DNA from: Octopus vulgaris
Lineage: Eukaryota
Assembly (NCBI GenBank): GCA_951406725.2
Contig: OX597821.1
Location: 26,350,001 to 26,414,000 of the forward strand
Length of the DNA: 64,000 nucleotides
Reading direction: 5' to 3'
Every line of letters begins with the position of its first letter. The stretch's first letter is position 1. The notes beneath the pieces are model-generated. The model did no database searches. It saw only the letters and a list, made by a program, of their open reading frames with translations, and was not told the origin of the DNA. Below are positions 27,533 through 41,091 of this stretch, one piece after another. The position numbers and the translations under genes were made by a program.

Positions 27533-27583
<51 letters not shown>

Positions 27584-27614
27584 CTTTTGTAAAACTGTGT
27601 TCTTAGATAAGGTA

Positions 27615-27935
27615 TGATATATCGATTAGTTCTGGAAATATGCTGTTACATATCGATTAGTTCTGGTAAGAGAAAAGAAGGTATCGATCACTTGTGGAAG
27701 TAGACGGGGGTTTATCAATCAGTTCTCATTATAGACTGTTATGTATCGATAAGTTCTGGTAACAGGTTGGACTGAATCGATCAGTTGTAGTTATGGACAG
27801 GGGTGTATGTATCGATTAGTTCTGGTAATAAGTTGTATTGTATCGTTCACTTATAGTAATCGGTTAAGATGTATCGATCTGTTCTGCTAATTGGCTAGGA
27901 TGTATCGATCTGTTCTGGTAATAGGTATAATATAT
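27615..27935 (+). repeat. Degenerate ~29-bp minisatellite (tatcgat(t/c)agttctggtaa...)
   Basis: The motif atcgat.agttctgg recurs about 11 times at ~29-32-bp spacing. Confidence 0.75.
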
Positions 27936-28220
27936 CACTCAGACCTACAGACATTTCGTTTAGTCTGAATTGCAATGGCAATGTTGGCCACTTGTCTTTA
28001 GATTGCATATTTTAAAATATATCAATGTGTTTGTTTATCGCAGGTTCTCTATCTCCATAAGATTTAAAGTGATTAAATGTTTGAGTTTCGTATACGGAGA
28101 TTTCGAATTAACAGTTTAGCAGAGTCTTATTAAAGTCTGTTCATGTCACCAAACCTGGATAATAATAATAATAATAATAATAAAAATGATGATGATGATG
28201 ACGACGATGATGATGATAAT

Positions 28221-28780
28221 AAATGCCCTGATGCAGTATCTGGCAGTAGTTCTCATGGCTTCTGATCATCACTGATTTGAAGTGTCATCATGTACATGTT
28301 TCGCCTTGGTGTAAAATGTCGACTACAGCAAATATTCTGGTCAGTACCACAGATTCGCTTGTCAGTTATTTGACTATAACCAGTTGAGCATGTCCCTTGG
28401 TGGCTGGCATAATGTGCATCACTAATCACGAGCAGAAATAGTGGGGGTGGGGGAGCAACATAGCCATGTGTTGATAGGAATTATTTGGAGTTTGAATAAT
28501 TCACCTCTGTGAACACGTGTTTCATTCCACATCTTTAAACAAGCCTTATTCAGGGACCTTTTGAGCGGGATGGGCTACTCAACCCGAAGAAAATTCTTAC
28601 TGGATCCCACCCGCAAGGTCATGCGCTGTTTATGTTGATATAAGATCACTATGTCGTACACATATGGTTGTGATACACGTGCCTGGTGTACCCTTATCAG
28701 ACGGGTAGTCATCATGGGTATATTCGGCTATATTTGTACCCCAGTGTCACTTTGATGGCATGCACTGCTCTCTCACTCAA
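28221..28780 (-). mobile_element. ~560-bp non-coding repeat element inserted in (TAA)n (second copy at 30064-30477)
   Basis: Two diverged copies share the ends ccctgatgc... and ...gatggcatgc.ctgctctctcactcaa and are flanked by trinucleotide repeats. Orientation is inferred. Confidence 0.7.
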
Positions 28781-28804
28781 TAATAATAGTAATAATAATA
28801 ATAA

Positions 28805-30050
28805 TTCATTCTTTTATTGTCCACAAGGGCTAATATAAAGATATATTAAAGGACATGAAACAAACATAAACGACAACACAAGACGATACAATGGATTTTC
28901 AAATCATGTACAGTAAATAACATGAAAATTAAACAAAAACAATATCCCAATAGGGGGAGGCGCTTTAAGGTCCTCGTAGAAAAACCCACAAAATCCACGG
29001 GTGCCTGATCAACAGGGAAAGAGCCCTTCCTTCATTTCTTCACGAGTGTACGCTCAGAATCGATCCTTTCACACTGATCATTCTTCAAACATTCACCCAC
29101 CTTTTAATAAACTTGCTACAAGACAACACTTCTTTCTCCACCCTCAACTTCCTTTGTAAGTGTAACTTGAAAAAGTCGATGAGGGCTTGGCCAAAGAGGA
29201 AAGTGTCTGACTTTAGCCCTTTCAGATGAGTCCACCATACTACCTCTTTCACTACAGCCACCAGACAAATAAAAATTGCCTGCCCCTCCTGGCCAAAGGA
29301 GGGCAGCGGGGCAATCTTCACTGGGGATTCAGCTGATTGCCGGATCCGTCCCACACGCGACAGCAGGTGTTCGACATAAACTCACAGGTCAGCAATGCTC
29401 GGGCACTGGACGAGTGCGTGCAGAACGGTTTCGTCGCTTTGCGCACACCTTGAGCAGGCCCGGCTGATGGCACTTCCGTGCCTGTAAAGCTTATCCGAAA
29501 CGGACAACGTCCCTCGGTAGCACTGCCAGACAATGGATTTCTGGAAATTGTTCATAGGCCCAGGCCCGAAAGTTCTCCGAAAGAGACCGGCGTGTTTATC
29601 TTCCTCGACGCCCAGAGTTTCCCCAAGAACGTCGTCGCACTTTCCCTCCACTAGCCCTCTATAGAACGCTAAAGTGAAATTACTACCGACTGCATTGCTC
29701 GCCTGGCGGAGGGCTGTGAGCGTTTGACGGCACTCTAGGTGCCAAGCGCCCTCCTCGGTCTACGCCTAATCCAGGTTTACAGCTCAGTCAAAGAGACGAG
29801 CTGTAGAAAAGTGAGTCGGACAAACAGCGACTACACCTGCTCACCGTAAAGGAAACGCTTGAGATGCTGTAGCTTGAGCGCATGTCTGCGCATCAGCAAC
29901 CACAGCATGTCCGGCCCTCCATTCAGCGGCTGTTGACAGCACATGGAGGCCCTGACCTGTAGAAGGCACCCCTTCCACAGAAAGCAGACGAGTAAGTGCA
30001 CCAGCTTGGTCAACCAGCAAACGGTGCAAGCGGCAATAGATGACGGATGC
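28805..30050 (-). pseudogene. 5'-truncated Tx1/L1-clade LINE (ORF2 C-terminal zinc finger and 3' UTR)
   Basis: FLWKG...C.QPL.GG..M...RRHAL.L.HL; WQCYRGTL.V.DKL...C.RC....ETVLHALVQCP (zf-RVT); 3' end ...gcccttgtggacaataaaagaatgaa running into (TTA)n. Confidence 0.8.
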
Positions 30051-30063
30051 GAATAATAATATA

Positions 30064-30477
30064 TACCCTGATGCTATACCAAGTACTGGCTCTCATGGCT
30101 TCTGATCTTAACTGAATGGAAGTGGTATCATATACATGTTTTGTCGTGGTGTAAAAGATAGGCTACAGCAAATGTTCTGCTCAATACCACAAATTTACTT
30201 GTCAGTTGTTTGACTTTAACCAGTTGAGCATGTCCCTTGGTGGCTGAGGCTGATCACGAGCAGAAGTAGTGGGGGCGCATCGTAGTTATGTAATGAGAGG
30301 AATTCTTTGGGGCTTGAATAACTCACTTCTGTAAACATAGGCATTTTATTCATCATCTATAAATAAATCGTATTGAAGGACCTGTTGAGCGGAATGGGAT
30401 AGTCATGATGGGTATATTGGGCTTCGTATATTTGTACCCCAGTATCCTTTGATGGCATGCGCTGCTCTCTCACTCAA
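30064..30477 (-). mobile_element. Second, internally deleted copy of the 28221-28780 element
   Basis: Colinear similarity (e.g. ctcatggcttctgatc, ccagttgagcatgtcccttggtggctg), with ~140 bp missing near 30400. Confidence 0.7.
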
Positions 30478-30544
30478 CAACAGTAGCAGCAGCAGTAGCA
30501 GCAGCAACAGCAGAAGAAGCAGCAGCAGCAGCAGCAGCAACAGC

Positions 30545-30579
<35 letters not shown>

Positions 30580-31383
30580 AAGCAAAAGAATAATAAATCG
30601 TGAAAATTCATATTTTAAAATATAATTATCAAATACGTCTTTAAAACGGTTTGAGAATTTGAATCGAATATACAGGCAACTACCCGTACTTAAAGAGTTA
30701 ATCGCGTATTTGAGGGAATAACAGATAATAGAAAACTTGAAGAACTTGCCGGTAATATACAAAAGAGATATTCAGAGAGCATAGAGTTTAGATACACGTG
30801 ATATATTACTGCTGGTGAATGAAGTTAGAATCATAGAAAAAGAACTAAGTTTCTGGTGAGTCGTGAGACGAACTAAAATTAAGAATGTAAATGGTGAACT
30901 TTATGTTTATTAATATGGAAACCTGTTCAACTGAATCTATTTTAGATAGAAAGTGGAAACATTAAAATAGATGATTCGTGAACATTAAGGAGGAAACAAA
31001 ACTATATTTTCAATGATGTTTGGTTCTGGCAGACATCACTAGAATTATTGGAATTCCGTGTGGAATTATATAGAACCCGATAAAAGCTGATATAAGTTAT
31101 TTGAAGCTGGCAATTGTTCTCTATTGGTCTGGGGAAATCTTGGTTCGGGATTCTGGCTGGAGATTGCTGCATTATTTTAGAAAATGGCGAATCTTATTTG
31201 CATTATAGGCAGGTAAGGTGAGTGTTTGAGCGTGTTTGTATATATATTCGTAATATATAGACAAATCTACACACACTTATACATACATATATATATGTGT
31301 AATGTATATATATGTGTGTGTGTGTAATGTATATGTATATATATGTATATATATATGTATATATATATATAAATATATATATA

Positions 31384-31439
<56 letters not shown>

Positions 31440-31440
<1 letters not shown>

Positions 31441-31560
31441 CGCGTGGCTGTATGGTAACAAGCTTGCTTCACAACCACAAGGTTCCAGGTTCTGTCCCAC
31501 TGTGTCACCTCGGGCAAGTCTCTCCTACCATAGGTAGACGGAGAGTGAAAGAAGCCTGTC

Positions 31561-31598
<38 letters not shown>

Positions 31599-31721
31599 TA
31601 ATAAATAAAATATATGCATACATACAAACATATATGTACGTACCTACATCTACATGTATATATACATGCATATATAAATATATATACGTAAGTACAGGAC
31701 ACCACAAAAAGACGTAGAACA

Positions 31722-31811
<90 letters not shown>

Positions 31812-32140
31812 TGTATGTATGTATGTATGTATGTATATATACGTATGTATGTATATATATGTATATATGTATGTATGTATGTATGTATGCATGTATGTAT
31901 GTATGTATGTGTGTTTTTGAGCTTGTGTTTGTTCAGCCACCACACCACCACCACCACCATCACTTGACAACCGCTGTTGGTGTGTTTTCATCCATTCAGC
32001 AGAAGAGACCGATAGGATAAGTACCAGGCTTAACAAAAAATTAAGTACTGGGGTCGATTCATTCGACTTAAGAGTCTTCAAGATGATGCCCCAGTATGGC
32101 GGCATTCTTATGACTGTAATAAGTAAAAGATAAAAGATAT
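31440..32140 (+). mobile_element. CORE-type SINE split by an expanded internal microsatellite
   Basis: Head and CORE at 31440-31560; 3' half (cttgacaaccg...taagtactggggtcga...taagtaaaagataaaaga) at 31960-32140. Confidence 0.7.
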
Positions 32141-32225
<85 letters not shown>

Positions 32226-32923
32226 GTAACAGGTTATCTTAGTTTTTTTCTTTTATGTTACTTAAAGTATATATAACTATGGAAGCTTCACGGGGCAGGG
32301 AATTGCGGTTGAGTGAAAAATCGTTACTGATAGGTAAAGTGAAATGAGTATTCGAGAATCGAGAAACTCCGAGTGGCAACTCAGATTTGAATAAATAATA
32401 AATAATAATTGTTTCCAATTTTGGCACAATACCAGTAATTTTGAAGGGGGGGGAGTTCAGTCGATAAAATCAACCCCAGAACTAGATTGATACTTTATTT
32501 TATCAACCTCGAAAAGGATGAAACACCATGTTAAGCCCCGCAAGATTTGTACTTGGAATGTAAGTAGTCGGAGGAAAAACTACTAGACATTTTGTCCGGT
32601 ACTCTAACCCTGTCTGTATACATAAATTCTTTAATAATAATATTTTGGCAACTGAAAGAACGCGCAAGATTGGAGGCAATCACACACACACACACATACA
32701 CGCGCGCACGTGGTGGTGCTGACACACAAAATGATTTACTTACATATACATATGCATATTCATATGTATATATCTACGTAGGTATATATATAATAAACCT
32801 TTACATATATAAATAACGTGAAATACACGAAGGGACGAACATAAGAGACAGACGGGTCATTCAAAGCCTTCGTTCTTCAGTCAGAAACCGATTCCTCATC
32901 GCAGATTTCGGCTGTTTAATTCT

Positions 32924-32997
<74 letters not shown>

Positions 32998-33374
32998 TAC
33001 ACACTGGTACTTATTTTGTGTGTGTGCGTGCGTGCGTGTGTATATACACATACGCACAGTACTTACTCATGAAAATGTACACGCATATACCAGGTGATTT
33101 TTTTCTTCCTCTGTTCCTCACTGAGAACTTGCATTCAAAATTCTTCGAACTACAAAATACATAACTCGAAGAACAACAGCAACAATAACGTCAAGATTGG
33201 GAAGAACAAAAAAAAAAAAGAAAAAAAATAACACCCCGCCTCCAATCCCCTTCATAATGACGATTTTAAATGACGATCAAAACGTTGATTATAACATTAT
33301 TGACAACAAAAACGGCGAGAAGGAACAAAAATAATACCACTATCATCATCATCGTCGTCATCATCATCATCATT

Positions 33375-33426
<52 letters not shown>

Positions 33427-33672
33427 CCAGTAGCAATGGCGACAGAATGTATCGTGAAGCATGTGGAAGCAATGACAAACGCTATGCACCCCATTATTTC
33501 TACAAATGTTGCACTATCGCCATTGATACAAAATATTCCTTTAATCATGTAATGTTCACTTATGAAATTAGATAAAATGACAGCAATAACTGCACCAGCC
33601 TTCGCCAACCAACTATTCCATTGACATATGCACATAAGTGTATATTCCGTTGCACTGACAGACACACACCTT

Positions 33673-33705
<33 letters not shown>

Positions 33706-34663
33706 CCACATACGTATGTATATTGAGAGGCTTAATCACACCGAAGAATATCCTAGCAGATGTGTGTTTATATATGGCTGTGATGCTGAGATGAAGTGTC
33801 TGCAAGAATCGATAAATGATGCCAAGAATCCAGAGGAAGAAAGAAGCCGTAAATGACATAAAATAAAATAGATCGGTCCCTTCCCACTTGCTCCACGTTT
33901 TCCTCACCAGACGAAATCTAATAAACAGACGGTACAAAGGAGGTTGAAATATTTGGAGAAGTCGACTGTTATTTTCCTCACATAAGAGCAATGAGGTTGG
34001 TGGTCGGGCGGAGTTGTGAGGGGAAAGCGGATGGTTAGAATGTTGAAACGCGTAAGCTCTAGTTATGATCGTGGGATTTTGGCGGTGGCGGTAACGACAG
34101 TGGCGTAGGGTTGACGTTCAGGTGGGGGTATGGTAGTGGCATTTAGAAAAGATGGTGGTAGTAGCAGTAGTGGTGGATGTAGGGGTTGTGGTGGTGGTAG
34201 TGGTGGTGGTGGTGGCATTAGTATTTAGGGATTTTTATCGGTGGTCGTGGTTGTGGGGGTGGTGGTATTTAGCTGTGGATGTTATAGAGACAACGGTATT
34301 CGTAATATAGTTGACGGTGTGGTGGTTCGTTATAGGGGCGTTGATGTTAGGGGCTGAGAATTGTTAGAATAGGGGATAAGAATAAAAATAAATAAAAATA
34401 AATAAGTATAGTAAAATATTGCAAAAAATAAAAAAAAGTAAGTGATGAGAATTTGTGTGTGGTGAAGGGGAAAAATATATTACATGTAGAGGCAGTGACT
34501 GTATGATAGCGGGAGGGATATATAAATGGGGGGGGGGGGGGTTACAGGAGAAGAAAAAGGGGGTGAATTAATTAAAATGAAAGAAGATTCGAGGAGAAAA
34601 ATAGTAGATTAACTGCATATATAAATGAAATCGTGGACACCACAGACGTACAGACAGACAGGC

Positions 34664-34699
<36 letters not shown>

Positions 34700-35060
34700 T
34701 GACATACATACACGTACACGCGCTGCACACACACACGCACGCATTTACACACAAACACACACGTATTTGTATGTCCACACATACACTCAAATATCTGCGC
34801 GCGCGCACACACTCACACACGGACGAATAGACAGACAGACAGACAGACAGACTCAATTATTTATTGATTTACTCCATGTCAAGGAATCAGTTCGTCATAA
34901 ATCAGTTTCTCGCCAAACCGTCGTGTGTGTGTGTGTGTGTGTGTGTGTGCTTGTATGTGCGTGTGCACGTATGTGTATGTATATCTATATATCTATGTAC
35001 ATATAGCATATATATATGTATATATATATATATATGTATGTGTATATATGTATATATAAA

Positions 35061-35118
<58 letters not shown>

Positions 35119-36055
35119 TATATATATATATTTATAGATATACACACACGCATATCTATCTATCTATCTATCTATCTATATATATATATATATATATATA
35201 TACGCATACGTGACTGTTGTAGATAGACAAACAGGTAGACACATGTACACACATGCATATATACACGCAGACATAAACGTATACAAAGAGAAAGGGAGAG
35301 AGAAAGAGAGAGAGAGAAGACAGGGGAAACGAATCAAAAAGTGTGTGTGTGTGTGTGTGTGTGTGTGAACTGAATTGCATATACAAACCTAAAGAAGAAA
35401 TCCTACCTAGACGAACATAGAACAATCTGACTCTAGAGGAGCGAACAAGTTGTCTGTCAACTGTTTTATAGTTTTTGTTCTGTACTGAAGAAGACATCAA
35501 TGTTTAGAGATGAGAGAAATGAGACGTGCTTGAAGTATGGGAGCCCAAATTTTGTGCAGTTTTGTGGCCATCTTCAGAAGGATTTTACTAAGAAAGTAAC
35601 GCGTCACGGCTGATTTCATTCATAAGTAAAATGAAGCTTTAACGAGAAAGAAACCGAATATTGTTCGATTATTCTATAGCTATGGTTGGCTTAACTTGAA
35701 AGTAAAAAAAAGAAATAATAACATAAGAGACTGCTATAACCCCTCCCCCCACCGGCCCCACCAAAGGTTATTAATGATCAACCAGACATTCTTCAAATGC
35801 TCAAAAGGCAGGATTAGTGATAAGATGTATATGAATGGAAGACAACTGCACTGATGATAGCCGTAACGTGTTTGTGTGTGTGCGCCCGCGTGTATGTAGG
35901 AGTGTATATTATATATGTGTGTGTGTGTGTATATATATATATATCTATATATATATCTATATATACATCAATATATATATATATACATACATACACACAC
36001 ACACACACACATATATATACACACACTCATACATACAAAGAAACACACTCTCTGT

Positions 36056-36106
<51 letters not shown>

Positions 36107-36289
36107 CGGAGATGTACTTGCATAGCAAGTGACCTGATCTGAGATCGTGTGCTGGAACGAAAACAATTGTAGCGTGGAAGGTGTTTATAAGCCATTTAAG
36201 AAACACGCAAAAACCTTTAGATTCACTTCAACATTTAAATTCCACGCTGTAATTGTTTATATATATATATATATATATATATAATAAAC

Positions 36290-36348
<59 letters not shown>

Positions 36349-36854
36349 CACGCACCCATACAAAATACCTGTGTCTATGTGTGTATGCTCGTACAAGATA
36401 ACTTCCCTCATACATATATATTTATTGTTTAGCCATTGGTGAATTTTAACGACGTTGGTTAGAAGTTTCCGGTGATGGGGCAGTTAATGGTTCACTGTAT
36501 TTGTGACAAGTGTGACAAGACAAATGAGTGCCTGTAACTCGGTGGAGAACAAATATCGAAAGGGACATTATTTGAAAAGCTTTCAGTTTTCTCACCAATG
36601 TTCCCATTCATCGCTAATGTGCATAAGATCTACTTGGCTTATTCTTATTGCATATACAGAGCATATTCTATGCATTGGATACTATATTCTGAACTTTAAA
36701 TGTTGCAATGAACTCACTGGGCATTGTGGCTTGTACTTCAAATTTGTATTTGATACCCGCATTTGGCACCTATGTGCATGCAGCATGAACTTCGTATCTG
36801 CCAGCTGGCATTGTATTATATTGTATTATATTTCATTGTACAGTGGATCTAGAC

Positions 36855-37073
36855 CAGTGGTTTTCAACCAGGGTTCCGCGGAACCTTAGGGTTCCGCCAG
36901 TACAGTCCAGGGGTTCCGCAAGAAGTTACAAAACTGATAAAATCGGCAGTAATTTTTAATTCTCCTGTGCAGATATGTGTGCATAAGACTATTAAATTAT
37001 TGCACAGGGGTTCCTCAAGCCAGTGGAATGTTTCCTTGGGGTTCCGCTCCAGCAAAAAGCTTGAAAAGCACTG
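36855..37073. mobile_element. 219-bp hAT-Charlie MITE
   Basis: TIRs cagtggttttcaa / ttgaaaagcactg. 8-bp TSD atctagac (36847-36854, 37074-37081) fits the Charlie NTCTAGAN target. Confidence 0.93.
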
Positions 37074-37720
37074 ATCTAGACAATCTTCAATACCCGAGCG
37101 TTTAATCTGTACGAGATAACATTGAAGTACTGTATAATTCATGGTGATGTTATTATCCCTGGTAAACACGAACGTGTGATATCAAAAATCAACATGTGCT
37201 ACTCTGGGACTCTGAAAATAAATAGTGCACGCGGTGCGTCGCCAAGAACAGTGAGTATCAAAACCTGTAAACTCAAAACTGTCTAAAGAGCTTCTGGCAG
37301 AACATTTTTGATATTGGTCTAGACATTTGGGTTTCTGTGTCCCTGTCTCCTTCTTTCAATGCCAGCTCATTTCCCTGTAATACTTAAAGGCATCTCATGA
37401 TTCACTGCTTCTCTTTCCACCATTTCAGCTTTCCCCCACAACGACTACTATTCTACAAGGCTCGTTGCATTACTAATTTCTAAGAAATGAATTAACATTG
37501 TCAACCCAGTCACTACCCGCCTATCGCTCTCCCCCTTTCACTTTTCTGCTTCTATTTCACTGTTGACTCATGGCTAAAGCTTTGCATGTACTGTAATGCC
37601 AGTTGATGGCCAGCCAATCATACATTCCTGTCTATCGACTGTCCAATCGTGCAATCAATCGAATACTTCTGTCGATCTACTGTTACGGAATGTTGTCTGA
37701 TAATTTTTTCACTTTATCTA

Positions 37721-37770
37721 TTCTGTCCGATGAGCCAGTTAGATACCAGAAAATTTCCAGAGTAACAGAG
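37721..37770 (+). ncRNA. Degenerate hammerhead ribozyme, same design as 27481-27528
   Basis: ttctgt-CCGATGA-...-GAAA-...cagag-TA-acagag. Stem I is intact; stem II is decayed. Confidence 0.5.
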
Positions 37771-37823
37771 AACTGGTCTCATTGCATTTATGATATATTT
37801 TTAACGCTTACATGGACCCCTTA

Positions 37824-38345
<522 letters not shown>

Positions 38346-38373
38346 AAAAATAGATAATAGATTATATATATAT

Positions 38374-38696
38374 ATATAAATTAAATTAGAGATAAAACCA
38401 CTATTAGGCAACTCAAACAGTGATATACATAAACCAATACATAAATAACAAAAAGTATAAATATAATTAATATAATATATAATATATATATAAAAAATAA
38501 AATTTAAATTTTAAATTTTATATTTTATATATATATATATTATATTATATCAATTATATTTAGTGCATTCAACGTATCTCACTTCCAAAGATTTGGGTGA
38601 TAATTATATTTATATTTTTTGTTAATTATATATTGGTTTATGTCTATCACTGTTTGAGTTGCCTAATAGTGGTTTTATCTCTAATTTTATTTATAT
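38374..38696. repeat. ~95-bp inverted repeat (fold-back) in a (TA)n-flanked element
   Basis: 38374-38469 is the near-perfect reverse complement of 38601-38696. Confidence 0.9.
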
Positions 38697-38764
38697 TTAT
38701 ACTGTGAAATTTGATTTAATCCTAAATATAATTTTTCCCTGTAAGTTTGGATATATTCCCTAAT

Positions 38765-38840
<76 letters not shown>

Positions 38841-39384
38841 CAATAGACAACTACTTAATAAGGAAAACTTACCCATGACCCGTTGGGTCATCGGGAAACT
38901 CTGAGTTTCTCAGTAACGGAGTTTTGTTTCGTGTTTTTTTTCTTTCCCAGGCTATTTCGAATGCTTTCAACGAATGTGAAATCGAAATTACGCGTAAGTG
39001 GCTCTTTTCCCCAGAAAAGGAAAGATTTGGATGCTATTTCTTGCATGCCCTGCAACCACGTAACAGGTATTTCGGGTCCTTTATTGCAAATAGTTATTAC
39101 GTGGTAGCAGGGCGTGCTAGAAATATCACCCAAATCTTTGGAAGTGAGATACGTTGAATGCACTAAAAAAAAAAAGACCTATGGAAAAAATCTATTTCAC
39201 ACTGAGGTAACGAACGGGTCTTTTACGAAATATTTACCGTATTTTTAAAGTCATTTGCACTTAAAATATTTTTCAAGTATGCAAAAAAATTTTCTTTGTA
39301 ATTTTATTCACTTGAAAATAATATTTAAAAACATTAAAATATTATCTGTTTAAAGTAAGCTAAAATATAAATATTTACTGTACA

Positions 39385-40237
39385 TCATCAACATCATCAT
39401 TGTTCGACCGTGGTCGAGACAATGGAATTTACCATGCTACGCCAGACTTCACGGTCCATCATGGCATTACGGAGGTCCTGTTGCTGGATGCCTGTATCCC
39501 TGGAGATTACATCAGGGTAGGAGAGTGTGCGCCCTCTGGTATTGCGAGTAGATGGCTTCCAGAGGAGAAGAGCAGAAATTACCTCTTTTTCAGCTCTACA
39601 ACAACGTCCAGCAAACTGGACTCTCTTACCTTTCACAAGAGATGATACAGGTGGTAGTTTCCCATATATTTGCATTTTGGTTGGATGGCGCTTCCACGAG
39701 AGATTTTGAGCTCTCATAAGGAGGCGAGTGTAGGTTCCATCCAACCGCCTCTCAAGCTTCTTTGATAACGTCCAGGTTTCTGAGCCATAGAGTAGAATTG
39801 GTTCAACTGTGGCTTTGAAGATTTCAATTTTGAAGTCTCTACTTAGATTTGATGACCAGATCTTATGCATATCATTACAGGCTGACCAGGCCATACCCTT
39901 TCTAGTTAGAAAGTCTTTTCCAGATGATGATATGTATGACCCAAGATATTTGTAATCAGAAACCATATTTAAGGGCGCATTGTTGAGAGTATGGATGATG
40001 CAATCACTGTTGGACAGGCACTTGTTTATGTATTCAGTCTTGGCCTCATTGAGGTAAAGACCTACACAATTTGAGGCTTGTTCAAGAGATTGTAAAAGAG
40101 ACTGGGCATTGGAGAGAGAATCACTGATAAGAGCGATGTCGTCAGCAAAGTCAGTGTCTGTCAAGTACTCAGCTGGGTGTCTGGAACTTCTTCTTGGTTT
40201 TATTTCAAAGCCCTTGCCAGAGATGGTATCAACTGAC
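39385..40237 (-). mobile_element. Recent 5'-truncated RTE-clade LINE with uninterrupted RT C-terminal frame and 12-bp TSD
   Basis: ORF 39397-40239 contains DFADDIAL, YKYLGS and LLYGSETW, with no stops over 280 codons. (TGA)n tail; TSD atttactgtaca at 39373-39384 and 40238-40249. Confidence 0.92.
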
Positions 40238-40642
40238 ATTTACTGTACAAACAACTTACATTTTTGGAATCGCATTTATTTAGAAATATTTCTAAATGTC
40301 TAAAATATTGTGTTTAACAAAAGCGAAAATAGAAACGTTTACTGTAAAAAAAAATCGTATGTTTTCGTTGTGAAGTCACTGTGTCTAATCGAAATGTAAG
40401 AGTTTGTTCCCTTTCAGGGTTAAGATTATTTTCAGAATATTTTCCCAATATACACCGTTTTGGGAATTTATACCCCGGAAACATCTAATATCTTATGAAC
40501 CACTTGTCCGATTTACGCGAAACTTGTTCTATTCCGTTCGTATTAACATTTCAGGGTAACTTAATTCATAATATTTTCCCATTATGCGCCAGTTTGGGTG
40601 GGTAGCATTGCAAGCAAGTAAGTTTCAAGCTGACTTTTAATG

Positions 40643-40676
<34 letters not shown>

Positions 40677-41091
40677 TTGTTCCTTGTAGTGCACTTAATT
40701 TCTCGAGATCTTCTCAATTCTTTCCTTTTAAACCTTAATACAATAATGCAGTACGTATGTGTTAAACGTTGTCTCTTCTGTGTTGACATTAACATTGCTC
40801 TTCCCTTTATTGTTCATTATGTTCACAATATATATATACTTGTATAATTGTATACTCTAGGGAATATTTGCAGTTCTGAATAGGAACAAGGAACTACCCA
40901 ACAAGTGGAGCTTACAAGTACCAATATCTCTTTATACGTGAGTACTATGTTATTCGAATGTTGTGGATAACCTGTATCTATACCATTTTATGAGATAATT
41001 CGACATCCACCAGGAAACATTTACCCCTTTTATACTCTTTTCAATGTAACTCCCGTTTGTTTTAAAGAGCGAATAAGGCGGTGTACCAGAG

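Noticed and set aside
32855-32925. Possible permuted hammerhead (minus-strand GAAA...CTGAAGA; similar at 60550-60620)
   Set aside because: No valid UH triplet or contiguous stem II could be built; kept only as a PLE-like tail similarity.
33297-33665. 122-aa minus-strand ORF with hydrophobic stretch and poly-Asp
   Set aside because: No ATG start or recognisable family; the C-terminal part is a (GAT)n microsatellite.
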